DNA of 64,000 nucleotides, taken from assembly GCA_036502295.1 (NCBI GenBank), contig DASXYU010000085.1:387-64386 (forward strand), given 5' to 3'. The DNA comes from Jatrophihabitans sp. (lineage in GTDB: Bacteria > Actinomycetota > Actinomycetes > Mycobacteriales > Jatrophihabitantaceae). Below are positions 47,191-55,797 of this stretch, one piece after another; the stretch's first letter is position 1; each line of letters begins with the position of its first letter. The translations under genes and the position numbers were made by a program. A model generated the notes under the pieces. It ran no database searches. It saw only the letters and a list, made by a program, of their open reading frames with translations, and was not told the origin of the DNA.

Positions 47191-47310
47191 CTACAGGCAA
47201 CAGCGCCGAAAGTCGTCCCACTTGGCTTCGAAGTGGAACTCGCCTTTCGGCAGCCTCTCGATGCTGGCAACAGGCTTCGCCAGCATCGGCTTGATCGGCG
47301 GCATCACTGG
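47191..47310 (-). pseudogene. Diverged ligase 5' fragment, copy C (39 codons, ends FRRCCL*)
   Basis: V-DLPVMPPIKPMLAKPVASIERLPKGEFHFEAKWDDFRRCCL*. Motif I is degenerated (KWDDFR). GAGGA RBS retained. Confidence 0.8.
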
Positions 47311-47430
47311 CAAGTCCACGTCCTCAACGCTATTCGCCAGGGACTGCTCGCAGTACGTGAAGCGCTGGCAGGGCGAATACGGCGTGTCGCCCTGCCAGCG
47401 CTTCACGAGCGAGTGAGTCGGTGGTTGCGG

Positions 47431-47865
47431 TTACTCCGACTCCGAGGATGAGGTCGGCTGACCACATACGTGCTGGTGGATCTCGCGGGTCAGCTCGGCG
47501 ATCATCTTGGTGAGTTCGGTGTTGTTCTTCAGCTCGAGCTCGTTCGCGACGAAATCGTGGTCGGCCTTCTTCTGCTGGAACTCCGCTTGCCGGTTCTGGC
47601 CGATCATGACGAAGGTCGAGAGGAAGATCGCTTCGAGCGACACGATGAGCGTGAGCTTGGGCCAGGGGTCGCTCTCCACGAGAAGCATCCAGACCACGAA
47701 AGCAATGACGTGGACGTAGACGAACGCCATGGAACCAGCGAACTTGGTGATCCCATCGGCGACGCGAAGCTGCACATCGGCAGAACGCTTCTCTGCAATG
47801 GCAAGCACACTCGGGTGGTGAGGAGGAGTAGCGGCGCCCGGGAGCGCGTCAGGGGTGACAGTCAT
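47431..47865 (-). CDS. DUF1003-domain membrane protein
   Basis: Two TM helices followed by the QNRQAEFQQKKADHDFVANELELK pattern typical of DUF1003. Confidence 0.8.
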   Translation of the reverse strand: MTVTPDALPGAATPPHHPSVLAIAEKRSADVQLRVADGITKFAGSMAFVYVHVIAFVVWMLLVESDPWPKLTLIVSLEAIFLSTFVMIGQNRQAEFQQKKADHDFVANELELKNNTELTKMIAELTREIHQHVCGQPTSSSESE

Positions 47866-47976
47866 AGGACCATCGCACCACTGATTCTTCCGCGCCGACG
47901 TGTCTTGCCCAGAGCCTGTGGCGGGGCCATGCTTGCCCCTTGAGGCGGCATTGCCACTGTTTCGGGGAGGGACGCG

Positions 47977-49107
47977 ATGGGTGCCCGACCTGTTGATCTT
48001 GTCGAACGCTCGTTGCAGTATGTGGCAGATCGTGTCGCCGCCGGGCCCGACCGCGACGCGATCGTCAGCGACGAGGTACGTGCGTCATGGCAGCGGTGCG
48101 CCACGAGCGGACTGATACCGGACCGCATTCGCGCGCGGTACGAGCCCGATGTCGACGATGCCAGTCGACTGCGCTGGGCCGCCGAACCGGTGATGGCCGC
48201 CGTCAATGCCGATCTACCGGATATACCGGTGGCGCTGCTGCTCAGTGATCGGCGCACCCACATGGTGGCGCGCTGGGCGCCCACGAGCCGCACCGCGATG
48301 TTCATGGACTCCTCGGGCGCCGCGCCCGGGTTCATCTGCGACGAGCTGAGCATCGGCACCAACTCGATCGGGCTCGCGGCCCACATACGGGGACCAGCCG
48401 TCGTGCACAGCTATGAACACTTCGCCGACAGCCTGAGCCATCTCACCTGCGCGGCCCGCGCCGTGACCGACCCGGCGACCGGAGAACTTCTCGGCGTGAT
48501 CAGCATGGTCTCCGCCGACCCTCGCCACGGCGCGACCGCGCCCGCGCTGGTCGGGCGCATCGTTGACGAGACCGAGGCGCGGCTGTTCAGAGAGTCCGGC
48601 GCCCGCGCGATGATCCTCAACGACGCGTTTCTGGGGGCCCGCCGCCGAGCCAAGGTGCCGATTGTCGCCATCGATGCCCAGACGATGTTCGTGAATGCTG
48701 CGGGCAGCCGATTGGTGGCGCCTGCTGATCGACCGGTGCTCTGGGACTGGGCGCGACGCGTGCTGCGGCAGGGCAGTACCCAACACCAACTGCTCGTCCT
48801 GCCGTCAGGGGAGTGGACCGCCCGCTGCACGCCGATCCTCGATGGGGCAGGCATCCTCGGCGCGATCCTCTGGTTCGGCAGCGCGGACGAGGGACGCGCC
48901 GATGTCGACGCAGCCGGATCGTGGTCGACGCTGACCGCCTCCGAACGAGCTGTCGCCGAGCAGGTCGCTGCCGGCCTCACGAACCGCGAGATCGCCGCGA
49001 ACCTGTACGTCTCGCCGCATACGGTCGACTATCACCTACGGCACGTCTTTCAGAAGTTGCGGGTCAGCTCACGTGTCGACGTCGCACGCCTCGCACAGTT
49101 CGAATGA
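47977..49107 (+). CDS. LuxR-family transcriptional regulator with N-terminal GAF-like sensor
   Basis: C-terminal HTH LTASERAVAEQVAAGLTNREIAANLYVSPHTVDYHLRHVFQKL. GGGAGGGA RBS present. Confidence 0.85.
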   Translation: MGARPVDLVERSLQYVADRVAAGPDRDAIVSDEVRASWQRCATSGLIPDRIRARYEPDVDDASRLRWAAEPVMAAVNADLPDIPVALLLSDRRTHMVARWAPTSRTAMFMDSSGAAPGFICDELSIGTNSIGLAAHIRGPAVVHSYEHFADSLSHLTCAARAVTDPATGELLGVISMVSADPRHGATAPALVGRIVDETEARLFRESGARAMILNDAFLGARRRAKVPIVAIDAQTMFVNAAGSRLVAPADRPVLWDWARRVLRQGSTQHQLLVLPSGEWTARCTPILDGAGILGAILWFGSADEGRADVDAAGSWSTLTASERAVAEQVAAGLTNREIAANLYVSPHTVDYHLRHVFQKLRVSSRVDVARLAQFE

Positions 49108-49161
49108 GGACTACGCGTTCACGTGGGGTGCCATGACGGACGACCGTCCTAACGTCGCGAC

Positions 49162-49959
49162 ATGACTACTCCGACCCCCGTGTTGTTCATCCACGGCCTC
49201 TGGTTGCACGCGACATCGTGGGGCCCGTGGCTGGATCTCTTTGCAGAAGCCGGCTATGACGCCACGGCTCCAGGATGGCCCGGCGATCCCGCGACCGTGC
49301 TGGAGGCGCGTGACAACTCAGAAGCCATGGCCGGCCACGGCATCGACGACGTCGTGGAGCATTACGCGAAGTTGATCGCCGAGCTGGGTGCCAAGCCGAT
49401 TCTGGTGGGGCACTCCTTCGGGGGCCTGATCGCCCAGAAGCTGCTCGGGCAGGATCTCGCCGCGGCCGCCGTGGCCATCGACGCAGCGCAGATCAAGGGC
49501 GTGCTGCCGTTACCGCTGTCGGCTCTGCGAGCGACCCTTCCGGTGTTCAAGAACCCGGCCAACCGGAGCCGGACAGTAAGCCTCACAGCGGAGCAGTTCC
49601 GCTTCGCTTTCGGCAACGCCATTCCGGCCGAAGAATCCGATGCCCTCTTCGGGCAGTGGGCGATACCGGCACCGGGCAAACCGCTGTTCGAGGCGGCGGC
49701 CGCGAACTTCAACCCGCATTCGCCTGCCAAGGTCGATACCGGCAACTCCGGCCGAGGTCCGCTGCTGTTGGTCATGGGCGGCCAGGATCACACGGTTCCG
49801 GAGACGGTCACCAAGGCGACGCTCAAGCAGTACCGCCACAGCGAGGCGACTACCGACATCCTCGAGTTCGCTGATCGCGCTCACTCGCTGACGATCGACC
49901 ACGGCTGGCGCGACGTCGCGGACGCCTCGCTCAGCTGGCTGAAGGCTCAAGGACTGTGA
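49162..49959 (+). CDS. Alpha/beta hydrolase
   Basis: Nucleophile elbow VGHSFGG, with a C-terminal His in the DRAHSLT region. Confidence 0.85.
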   Translation: MTTPTPVLFIHGLWLHATSWGPWLDLFAEAGYDATAPGWPGDPATVLEARDNSEAMAGHGIDDVVEHYAKLIAELGAKPILVGHSFGGLIAQKLLGQDLAAAAVAIDAAQIKGVLPLPLSALRATLPVFKNPANRSRTVSLTAEQFRFAFGNAIPAEESDALFGQWAIPAPGKPLFEAAAANFNPHSPAKVDTGNSGRGPLLLVMGGQDHTVPETVTKATLKQYRHSEATTDILEFADRAHSLTIDHGWRDVADASLSWLKAQGL

Positions 49960-49969
49960 GCTAGCGGTC

Positions 49970-50609
49970 ATGGATCTTCATCTCGCGGGGAAGACCGCGG
50001 TGGTCACCGGTGCCAGCAAGGGCATCGGCCTTGCCATCACACGCTCGCTGGCCGCCGAAGGCGTCCGGGTCCTCGCCGGTGCGCTCAACGGGAGCGCCGA
50101 ATTGGACGTCCTCGCCGACCAGGCCGACGTCCATCCCGTCCTGGTCGATCTGAGCACGCCGGAGGGACCGTCGGCCCTCATCGACGAAGCGGTCCGCCGC
50201 TTCGACGGCATCGACATCCTCGTCAACAACGTGGGTGCCGTCCGCCCCAGACTCGGCGGATTCCTCGCCCTCACCGAGGAAGAGTGGCAGTGGGCGATGA
50301 CCCTCAACTTCTTCTCCGCCGTCCGCGCACTGCGTGCCGCGCTACGGCATCTGGCCACCCGGCCGGGCGCCTCGGTGGTGACGATCAGTTCGGTGAATGC
50401 GTTCCTTCCCGACCCGACGGTGATCGATTACAGCCACCGGCGACGCTCCTGACGCAGTAGTCCAGCATGCTGCCGCCGATGCCTCCACCGGGCGCTTCAC
50501 CTACCCCCAGGAGGTGGCCGACCTCGTCCTGTTCCTGGCCAGCGCCCGCGCCGGCAACATCACCGGAAGCGACTTCGTCATCGATGGCGGACTCATCAAG
50601 ACCCTCTGA
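49970..50609 (+). pseudogene. SDR-family oxidoreductase disrupted by an internal deletion/frameshift
   Basis: The N-terminal 160 aa (VTGASKGIGLA...SSVNAF...DYS) stop at 50452, directly after the Tyr of YxxxK. The C-terminus (GRFTYPQEVADLVLFLASARAGNITGSDFVIDGGLIKTL*) continues in another frame to 50609. About 110 nt are missing relative to a normal SDR. Confidence 0.8.
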
Positions 50610-50749
50610 GATTCCAGCCGAGATCTGTATCTGCTGAGAGCGGATCCGGCGGCAACGCTGATACCCGGCCATGCCGCTCGGGCAGCGCCGGCGCGTGACA
50701 GTTAGGCTCGCCGTGTCCGCCCACGCTTGATGACACCGACGGGACAGTT

Positions 50750-51787
50750 GTGTACAGAGGTTCGCGCCGCTCTTCGGCGCTTGTTGTCCTGACCGCCGCC
50801 GCCGCAGTCACCTTGGGTGCATGCTCCTCGAGTTCCGGGTCGTCCCCGACGCAGTCGTCGAGCGCCCCGTCGACCACGCAGTCCTCCACCGCTGCCCAAT
50901 CGCCCTCGCCGAGCGGCTCGTCCTCGGGCGACGCCCCCGTCGTTGCAAAGTCGGGTGTGACGGTCACCGGCGCGTTCGGGTCCACGCCGACGGTGACAGT
51001 TCCCTCCACCACCGCACCGAAGGCGCTCACCGAGGAAACCTTGGTCACAGGGACGGGTGCCGCGGTCGCCGCCGGCGACACCCTCGTCGCGAACTACGTT
51101 GGCGAGACCTGGGCCAGCAAGCCGAACGTCTTCGACAGCTCGTTCTCCCGCGGCGAGCCGGCCGGCTTCGTCATCGGTGAGGGACAGGTCATCCCGGGCT
51201 GGGACAAGACGCTGGTGGGGCAGAAGCTCGGCTCCCGGATGCTGCTCACCATCCCGCCCGCCGATGGCTACGGCACCGGCGGAAACAGCGACGCCGGCAT
51301 CGCAGGCACTGACACGCTGATCTTCGTCGTCGATCTCATCGACGTCTACAAGCCCGACGCGTCGGCGCCCGGAACCGTCGACAGCAACGTCCCGGCCACC
51401 GGCTGGCCGACGATCACGAACGTCCCCGCGAAGGCGCCGGTGATTGCCGGCGTCGCGGGCGTCAAGGCCCCCAGCGCGCCGACGTCGAAGCTGCTCGTGA
51501 AGGGCAGCGGCGCCAAGATCGACACCGCCAAGACGCTCGTCCTGCAGCTGGTCCAGACCGACATCGCCACCGGCAAGCAGACCCAGTCCACATGGGGCCA
51601 AGCACCGCAGACGGTTCCCGCCGCGAGCGTGCTGCAGGTGGCTGACGCCCTCACCGGCCAGTCCGTCGGAGCCCGCGCAGTCGTCCTTCTGCCGGCGGAA
51701 GCAGCGGTGGCGGCGACCTCTACGAGCGCTGCGGTGCCGGCCTCCGCGGCGGAGGTCCTCGTCATCGATGTCGTCGGCCAGTTCTGA
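50750..51787 (+). CDS. FKBP-type peptidyl-prolyl isomerase lipoprotein with C-terminal extension
   Basis: Lipobox TLGAC, then an FKBP core (VANYVGETW...FDSSFSRGEPAGFVIGEGQVIPGWDKTLVGQKLGSRMLL). Confidence 0.85.
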   Translation: MYRGSRRSSALVVLTAAAAVTLGACSSSSGSSPTQSSSAPSTTQSSTAAQSPSPSGSSSGDAPVVAKSGVTVTGAFGSTPTVTVPSTTAPKALTEETLVTGTGAAVAAGDTLVANYVGETWASKPNVFDSSFSRGEPAGFVIGEGQVIPGWDKTLVGQKLGSRMLLTIPPADGYGTGGNSDAGIAGTDTLIFVVDLIDVYKPDASAPGTVDSNVPATGWPTITNVPAKAPVIAGVAGVKAPSAPTSKLLVKGSGAKIDTAKTLVLQLVQTDIATGKQTQSTWGQAPQTVPAASVLQVADALTGQSVGARAVVLLPAEAAVAATSTSAAVPASAAEVLVIDVVGQF

Positions 51788-51826
51788 GCGATCGGTCCGA
51801 CACGCGTCGGCGGGACTGAGGACGGC

Positions 51827-53062
51827 CTAGTCTCCGAGCGCGTCGAGGCGGCCGGCCAAGAACCGGCGCTCGACCTCGTTCTCGGTCAGCAGAAGTGCCT
51901 CCTGGTAGGCGAGCCGCGCCTCGTCGGTCCGTCCCAGCCGCAGCAGGAAGTCGGCACGGGAGGCAGGCAGGTAGCCGTAACCGGCGAGCTGCGGCTCGAT
52001 GGCGAGCGCGTCCAGAGCCGCCAGCCCCTCGGCGGGCCCATATGCGAAGCCGACCGCCACGCCCCGGTTGAGGGCCACGACCGGCGACGGCCAGAGCTGA
52101 AGCAGGGCATCGTAAAGCCCGACGACCTCGAGCCAATCGGTCATCTCCCAGCTCGGCGCCTGCGCGTGGACCGCCGCGATCGCGGCCTGCAGCGCATAGC
52201 GACTCGGCGGCCGCACCCGCAGCGACTCACGTGCCAGCGCAACGCCTTCGGTGATCTGGTCACGGTCCCAGCGCGTGCGGTCCTGCTGGGCCAGCAGAAG
52301 CAGCTCGCCGGTGGCGTCGTCCTGACGCGTGACGCGGCGGGAGTCGGTGAGCAGGATCAAGGCGAGCAACCCCGCGACGTCCGGGTGGCTCGGCAGTAAC
52401 TGGCGGAGCATCCTCGCCAGGTCCAATGCCCGCGCCACCAGGTCACCGCGGACGAGTGCCTCACCGGAGGAGGCCGTGTGCCCGGCCGTGAAGATCAAGT
52501 GCACGGTTTCGAGAATCGCCCGGATGCGGGCCGGCAGTTCGTCCAGCGACGGGACACGGTACGGGATGCGTGCCGCGGAGATCTTCTTCTTGGCGCGGGT
52601 GATGCGGGCGGCCATCGTCGGCTCGCTCACCAGGAACGCCCGCGCGACCTCTGCGGTGGTGAGACCGCAGACCAGCCGCAGGGTGAGGGCGACCTGGGTC
52701 TCGGTGCTCAGCGCCGGGTGGCAGCAGGTGCAGATGAGCCGCAACCGGTCGTCGGGAAAGCCGTTCACCGGATCCTGCTCGGGCACGGCCTCATCCATCA
52801 CGAGTTCGGGCATCGCCCGGCGGAAGAGCGCATCGCGACGCATCACGTCGAGGGCCCGGTGCCTGGCCGTCGTCGTCAGCCACGCACCCGGTCGGGCGGG
52901 AATCCCGTCCTCCCACGTGGTGAGAGCGCGGGCGTAGGCATCCTGCACGCACTCCTCGGCGAGGTCGAGGTCACGCGTGAGGCGCACCGTCGCGGCGAGG
53001 ACGAATGCCCACTCGCGCCGGTGCGCCTCCGCGATCGCAGTCGCGACCTCAGCAGTGCTCAG
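51827..53062 (-). CDS. ECF-type RNA polymerase sigma factor with long C-terminal (TPR-like) extension
   Basis: Sigma-2 region (DLAEECVQDAYARALTTW), sigma-4 HTH (GLTTAEVARAFLVSEPTMAARITRAKKKI). Start uncertain: the first canonical start is GTG 52987, but the conserved N-terminal segment lies upstream and can only begin at CTG 53062. Confidence 0.8.
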   Translation of the reverse strand: MSTAEVATAIAEAHRREWAFVLAATVRLTRDLDLAEECVQDAYARALTTWEDGIPARPGAWLTTTARHRALDVMRRDALFRRAMPELVMDEAVPEQDPVNGFPDDRLRLICTCCHPALSTETQVALTLRLVCGLTTAEVARAFLVSEPTMAARITRAKKKISAARIPYRVPSLDELPARIRAILETVHLIFTAGHTASSGEALVRGDLVARALDLARMLRQLLPSHPDVAGLLALILLTDSRRVTRQDDATGELLLLAQQDRTRWDRDQITEGVALARESLRVRPPSRYALQAAIAAVHAQAPSWEMTDWLEVVGLYDALLQLWPSPVVALNRGVAVGFAYGPAEGLAALDALAIEPQLAGYGYLPASRADFLLRLGRTDEARLAYQEALLLTENEVERRFLAGRLDALGD

Positions 53063-53400
53063 CTGTTGAACACCATGATCGGACGCACCTCGAGGCCGCC
53101 GGCGACCACGGGAACCTGCTTGGCGATCGCGATCGCCTCATCGAGATCAGCCGCCTCGACGAGGTAGTAGCCGCCGAGCGCCTCCTTCGACTCCACGAAC
53201 GGACCGTCGGTGACGCTGAACCCGCCAGCACCGTCGGACCGGATCGAGGTCGCCGTGCTCACGCTCTGCAGCGCGTTGCCGCCGGCGATGGTGTCGGCGT
53301 TCTTCTCACCGAACGTGTTGTGCCCCTGCATCAGGTAGTCATACGACTCCGGCTTCATCGCTGACTCGTCGTCGTAAATGAGGATCAGGAACTGAGACAT
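53059..53400 (-). CDS. YciI-family protein
   Basis: MSQFLILIYDDES...DGPFVESKEALGGYYLVEAADLDEAIAIAK. GGGAG RBS upstream of ATG 53400. Confidence 0.88.
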   Translation of the reverse strand: MSQFLILIYDDESAMKPESYDYLMQGHNTFGEKNADTIAGGNALQSVSTATSIRSDGAGGFSVTDGPFVESKEALGGYYLVEAADLDEAIAIAKQVPVVAGGLEVRPIMVFNS

Positions 53401-53545
53401 AGCTACTCCCAAGGCAAGTGAGTGTCAGAAAGAGAGGAGCGGCCCGGATGGGTCGTCCATCAATCCGACGAACGGTGACGGCCCGGATCGACACTCTCCG
53501 ATGGAAAGCCTAGGTGCGCGGCGGAGCCGAAGGAACGTCTCAGGC

Positions 53546-53962
53546 TCAGCGGTAACGAAACCCGTCGAGGAACCGCCGGAAGAGCCCGCCGGTGGGCGGC
53601 AAGGGAGCGGCCGGCGGGGGAGCGGTAGGACGTTGCCGGGCGATCGGCTGGTTGTAGTCGGTGCGCGCGACCGCATCGATGGTCTGCGCCTCGTCGAAGC
53701 CTTCCGAGTCGGGGATCGACGGGACGAACCCCACCAGCATCCCGTCGCGCATCACCTGCGCCTCGAGCCCCGCGGTGCCATCCGTGTCCCACACCGCCTC
53801 GCGGCCGTCGCCGAGGGCGATCCGGATGCCGAACTGATAGACGCCTGCGCGCTCCAGCTGTGCGTCGATGCCGCGCTCCCGCAGCGAATCGACGACGTGC
53901 CGCGCTCTGTTCTCCTCCATCGGCCCCACGGTAGCGGCCGTCGATAGGAGGTGGTTCAGCAC
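53546..53962 (-). CDS. Hypothetical protein with Pro-rich C-terminus
   Basis: Coding-like composition. Start is either GTG 53962 (3 nt after the upstream stop) or ATG 53920. Confidence 0.55.
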   Translation of the reverse strand: MLNHLLSTAATVGPMEENRARHVVDSLRERGIDAQLERAGVYQFGIRIALGDGREAVWDTDGTAGLEAQVMRDGMLVGFVPSIPDSEGFDEAQTIDAVARTDYNQPIARQRPTAPPPAAPLPPTGGLFRRFLDGFRYR

Positions 53963-53965
53963 GGC

Positions 53966-54715
53966 CTACTCGGAGGCGACGCCGACGCGGTAGCGGCAGA
54001 ACAGCCCACCGTCCTCTTCGAGCAGTCCGGTGAGGGTCAACGGCAGGGGATCGCCCTGCCAGGGGAGTCCCTGCGAGATCCGGGGACCGCCAGGGCCGGA
54101 GAGCAGCGGGCTTATGCTGAGACAGAGCTCATCGACCAATCCGGCGGCGGCGAACTCGGAGAAGAGGTGCGGCCCGCCTTCGCTGAGTATCCGACGATGC
54201 CCGCGCTCCCGCAGCGCGGCGACAGCAACACGCAGGTCGACGACGTCCTCGCCACAGATCACCACATCGGCCACGGCGTCAAGGGTCGCCCGCGCTTCGT
54301 CCGGCGCCGAGGCCACTGTCAGGACGACCGTCCGCGCCGCGGGCGCGGCGTCGGCGAAGAGTTCAGAGGTGGGGTCGAGGTCGAGTGACCGGGTGACGAC
54401 GGCGATCGGCGGCACCGCCTGGTAACCATGGGCGAGGCGGATCTCCTGCCGGGCCGCGCTCGGGCGCGACGGTCGGTAGTTCTCGGCCCGCACCGTTCCT
54501 GCGCCGACGAGGATGACGTCGCCGAGATCGCGCAGCGTGGCGAAGACCGTGTTGTCGCCGGGCGTCTGCAGTCCCTTCGAGAGACCCTCCGCTGTAGCGG
54601 CGCCGTCGACGCTGCTGACGAAGTTCATGCGCAGTCCGCCCGGCTCGCTCCAGCCGGCGGCGTAGAACGCATGCAGGTCGACGCTGCCGGTCGCGTCGGG
54701 GATGAGGGAGCGCAT
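53966..54715 (-). CDS. Pyrimidine reductase-family protein (RibD C-terminal / DHFR-like domain)
   Basis: NFVSSVDGAATAEG...VILVGAGTVRAENY...ILSEGGPHLF pattern. Confidence 0.82.
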   Translation of the reverse strand: MRSLIPDATGSVDLHAFYAAGWSEPGGLRMNFVSSVDGAATAEGLSKGLQTPGDNTVFATLRDLGDVILVGAGTVRAENYRPSRPSAARQEIRLAHGYQAVPPIAVVTRSLDLDPTSELFADAAPAARTVVLTVASAPDEARATLDAVADVVICGEDVVDLRVAVAALRERGHRRILSEGGPHLFSEFAAAGLVDELCLSISPLLSGPGGPRISQGLPWQGDPLPLTLTGLLEEDGGLFCRYRVGVASE

Positions 54716-54783
54716 CGCCTCAACGTACCGGCATCAGGGCGCGTGCCCACCGCGACTCCAGCGCTGGTTAGGCTCGCACGATC

Positions 54784-55797
54784 ATGACTCTCGAACGCCT
54801 CGTCGACCGCACACCGGTCGTCGCACCGGAGGCGCTCATCGAAGGACTGGTGCCGCCACCTCTGTTCTCCGCGGTCCGGTTCGACACCTACCGCCCCAAC
54901 CCCGGCGAGCCGACCCAGGCCGCGGCGGTGACGGCGCTCGAGGAGTTCGCCGCGCGGATCAACACGCCCTCCGGACGTGGCGGACTGTTCCGCAAGAAGA
55001 GCGACCCGCAGCCGCGCGGCGTTTACCTCGACGGCGGATTCGGCGTCGGCAAGACGCACCTGCTCGCCTCGCTGTGGCACGCGGCGGAGGGGCCGAAGGC
55101 GTACGCCACCTTCGTGGAGCTCACCCACCTCGCCGGGGCACTCGGCTTCGCCCAGGTTGTGCAGGCGCTGGCGCCGATGAGGCTGCTGGCGATCGACGAG
55201 TTCGAACTCGACGACCCGGGCGACACCGTCCTGGTCTCTACATTGCTGGCGCACCTGTCCGAGCGCGGGATCGCGCTGGCGGCCACCTCGAACACGCTTC
55301 CCGACCGGCTCGGGGAGGAACGCTTCGCCACCGCCGACTTCATGCGCGAGATCCAGGGCCTCGCCGCACACTTCACCTCGGTGCGGGTGGACGGTCCCGA
55401 CTATCGCCACAGGGGCCTGCCATCGGCACCGCTGCCGCGCAGCGACGTCGACGTCCGCGAGGCGGTTCTCGCCAGGCCCGGCGCGACCCTTGACGACTTC
55501 GACGAACTGATCCACCACCTCGGGCGGCTACACCCGTCGCGCTATGGCGCACTGGTCGACGGTGTTCCGGCGGTCGGCCTCATCGGCCTGCGGCAGGCTC
55601 CGGATCAAGCGGTGGCGCTGCGCCTCGTCGTCCTCATCGACCGCCTCTACGACCGCCAGATTCCGGTGATCGCCAGCGGCGTGCCCGTCGACAAACTCTT
55701 CGACGCGCACATGCTCGCCGGCGGGTATCGCAAGAAGTACCGGCGCGCCGTCAGCCGTCTCGTCGCGCTGACGGTCTCAGCCCCAGAACGTGACTGA
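54784..55797 (+). CDS. zapE: ZapE/AFG1-family ATPase
   Basis: Walker A GGFGVGKTHL, Walker B LLAIDEFELDD, and a typical ZapE N-terminal region (FDTYRPNP). Confidence 0.88.
   Translation: MTLERLVDRTPVVAPEALIEGLVPPPLFSAVRFDTYRPNPGEPTQAAAVTALEEFAARINTPSGRGGLFRKKSDPQPRGVYLDGGFGVGKTHLLASLWHAAEGPKAYATFVELTHLAGALGFAQVVQALAPMRLLAIDEFELDDPGDTVLVSTLLAHLSERGIALAATSNTLPDRLGEERFATADFMREIQGLAAHFTSVRVDGPDYRHRGLPSAPLPRSDVDVREAVLARPGATLDDFDELIHHLGRLHPSRYGALVDGVPAVGLIGLRQAPDQAVALRLVVLIDRLYDRQIPVIASGVPVDKLFDAHMLAGGYRKKYRRAVSRLVALTVSAPERD

Noticed and set aside
45436-47310. Interpretation of the TA cassette array as a chromosomal integron.
   Set aside because: There is no intI-like tyrosine recombinase, no attI and no attC-type imperfect hairpins at cassette ends anywhere in the window. 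The repeats are fragments of a protein-coding gene, and the second cassette is inverted relative to the first. The resemblance is limited to small promoter-poor TA cassettes in series.
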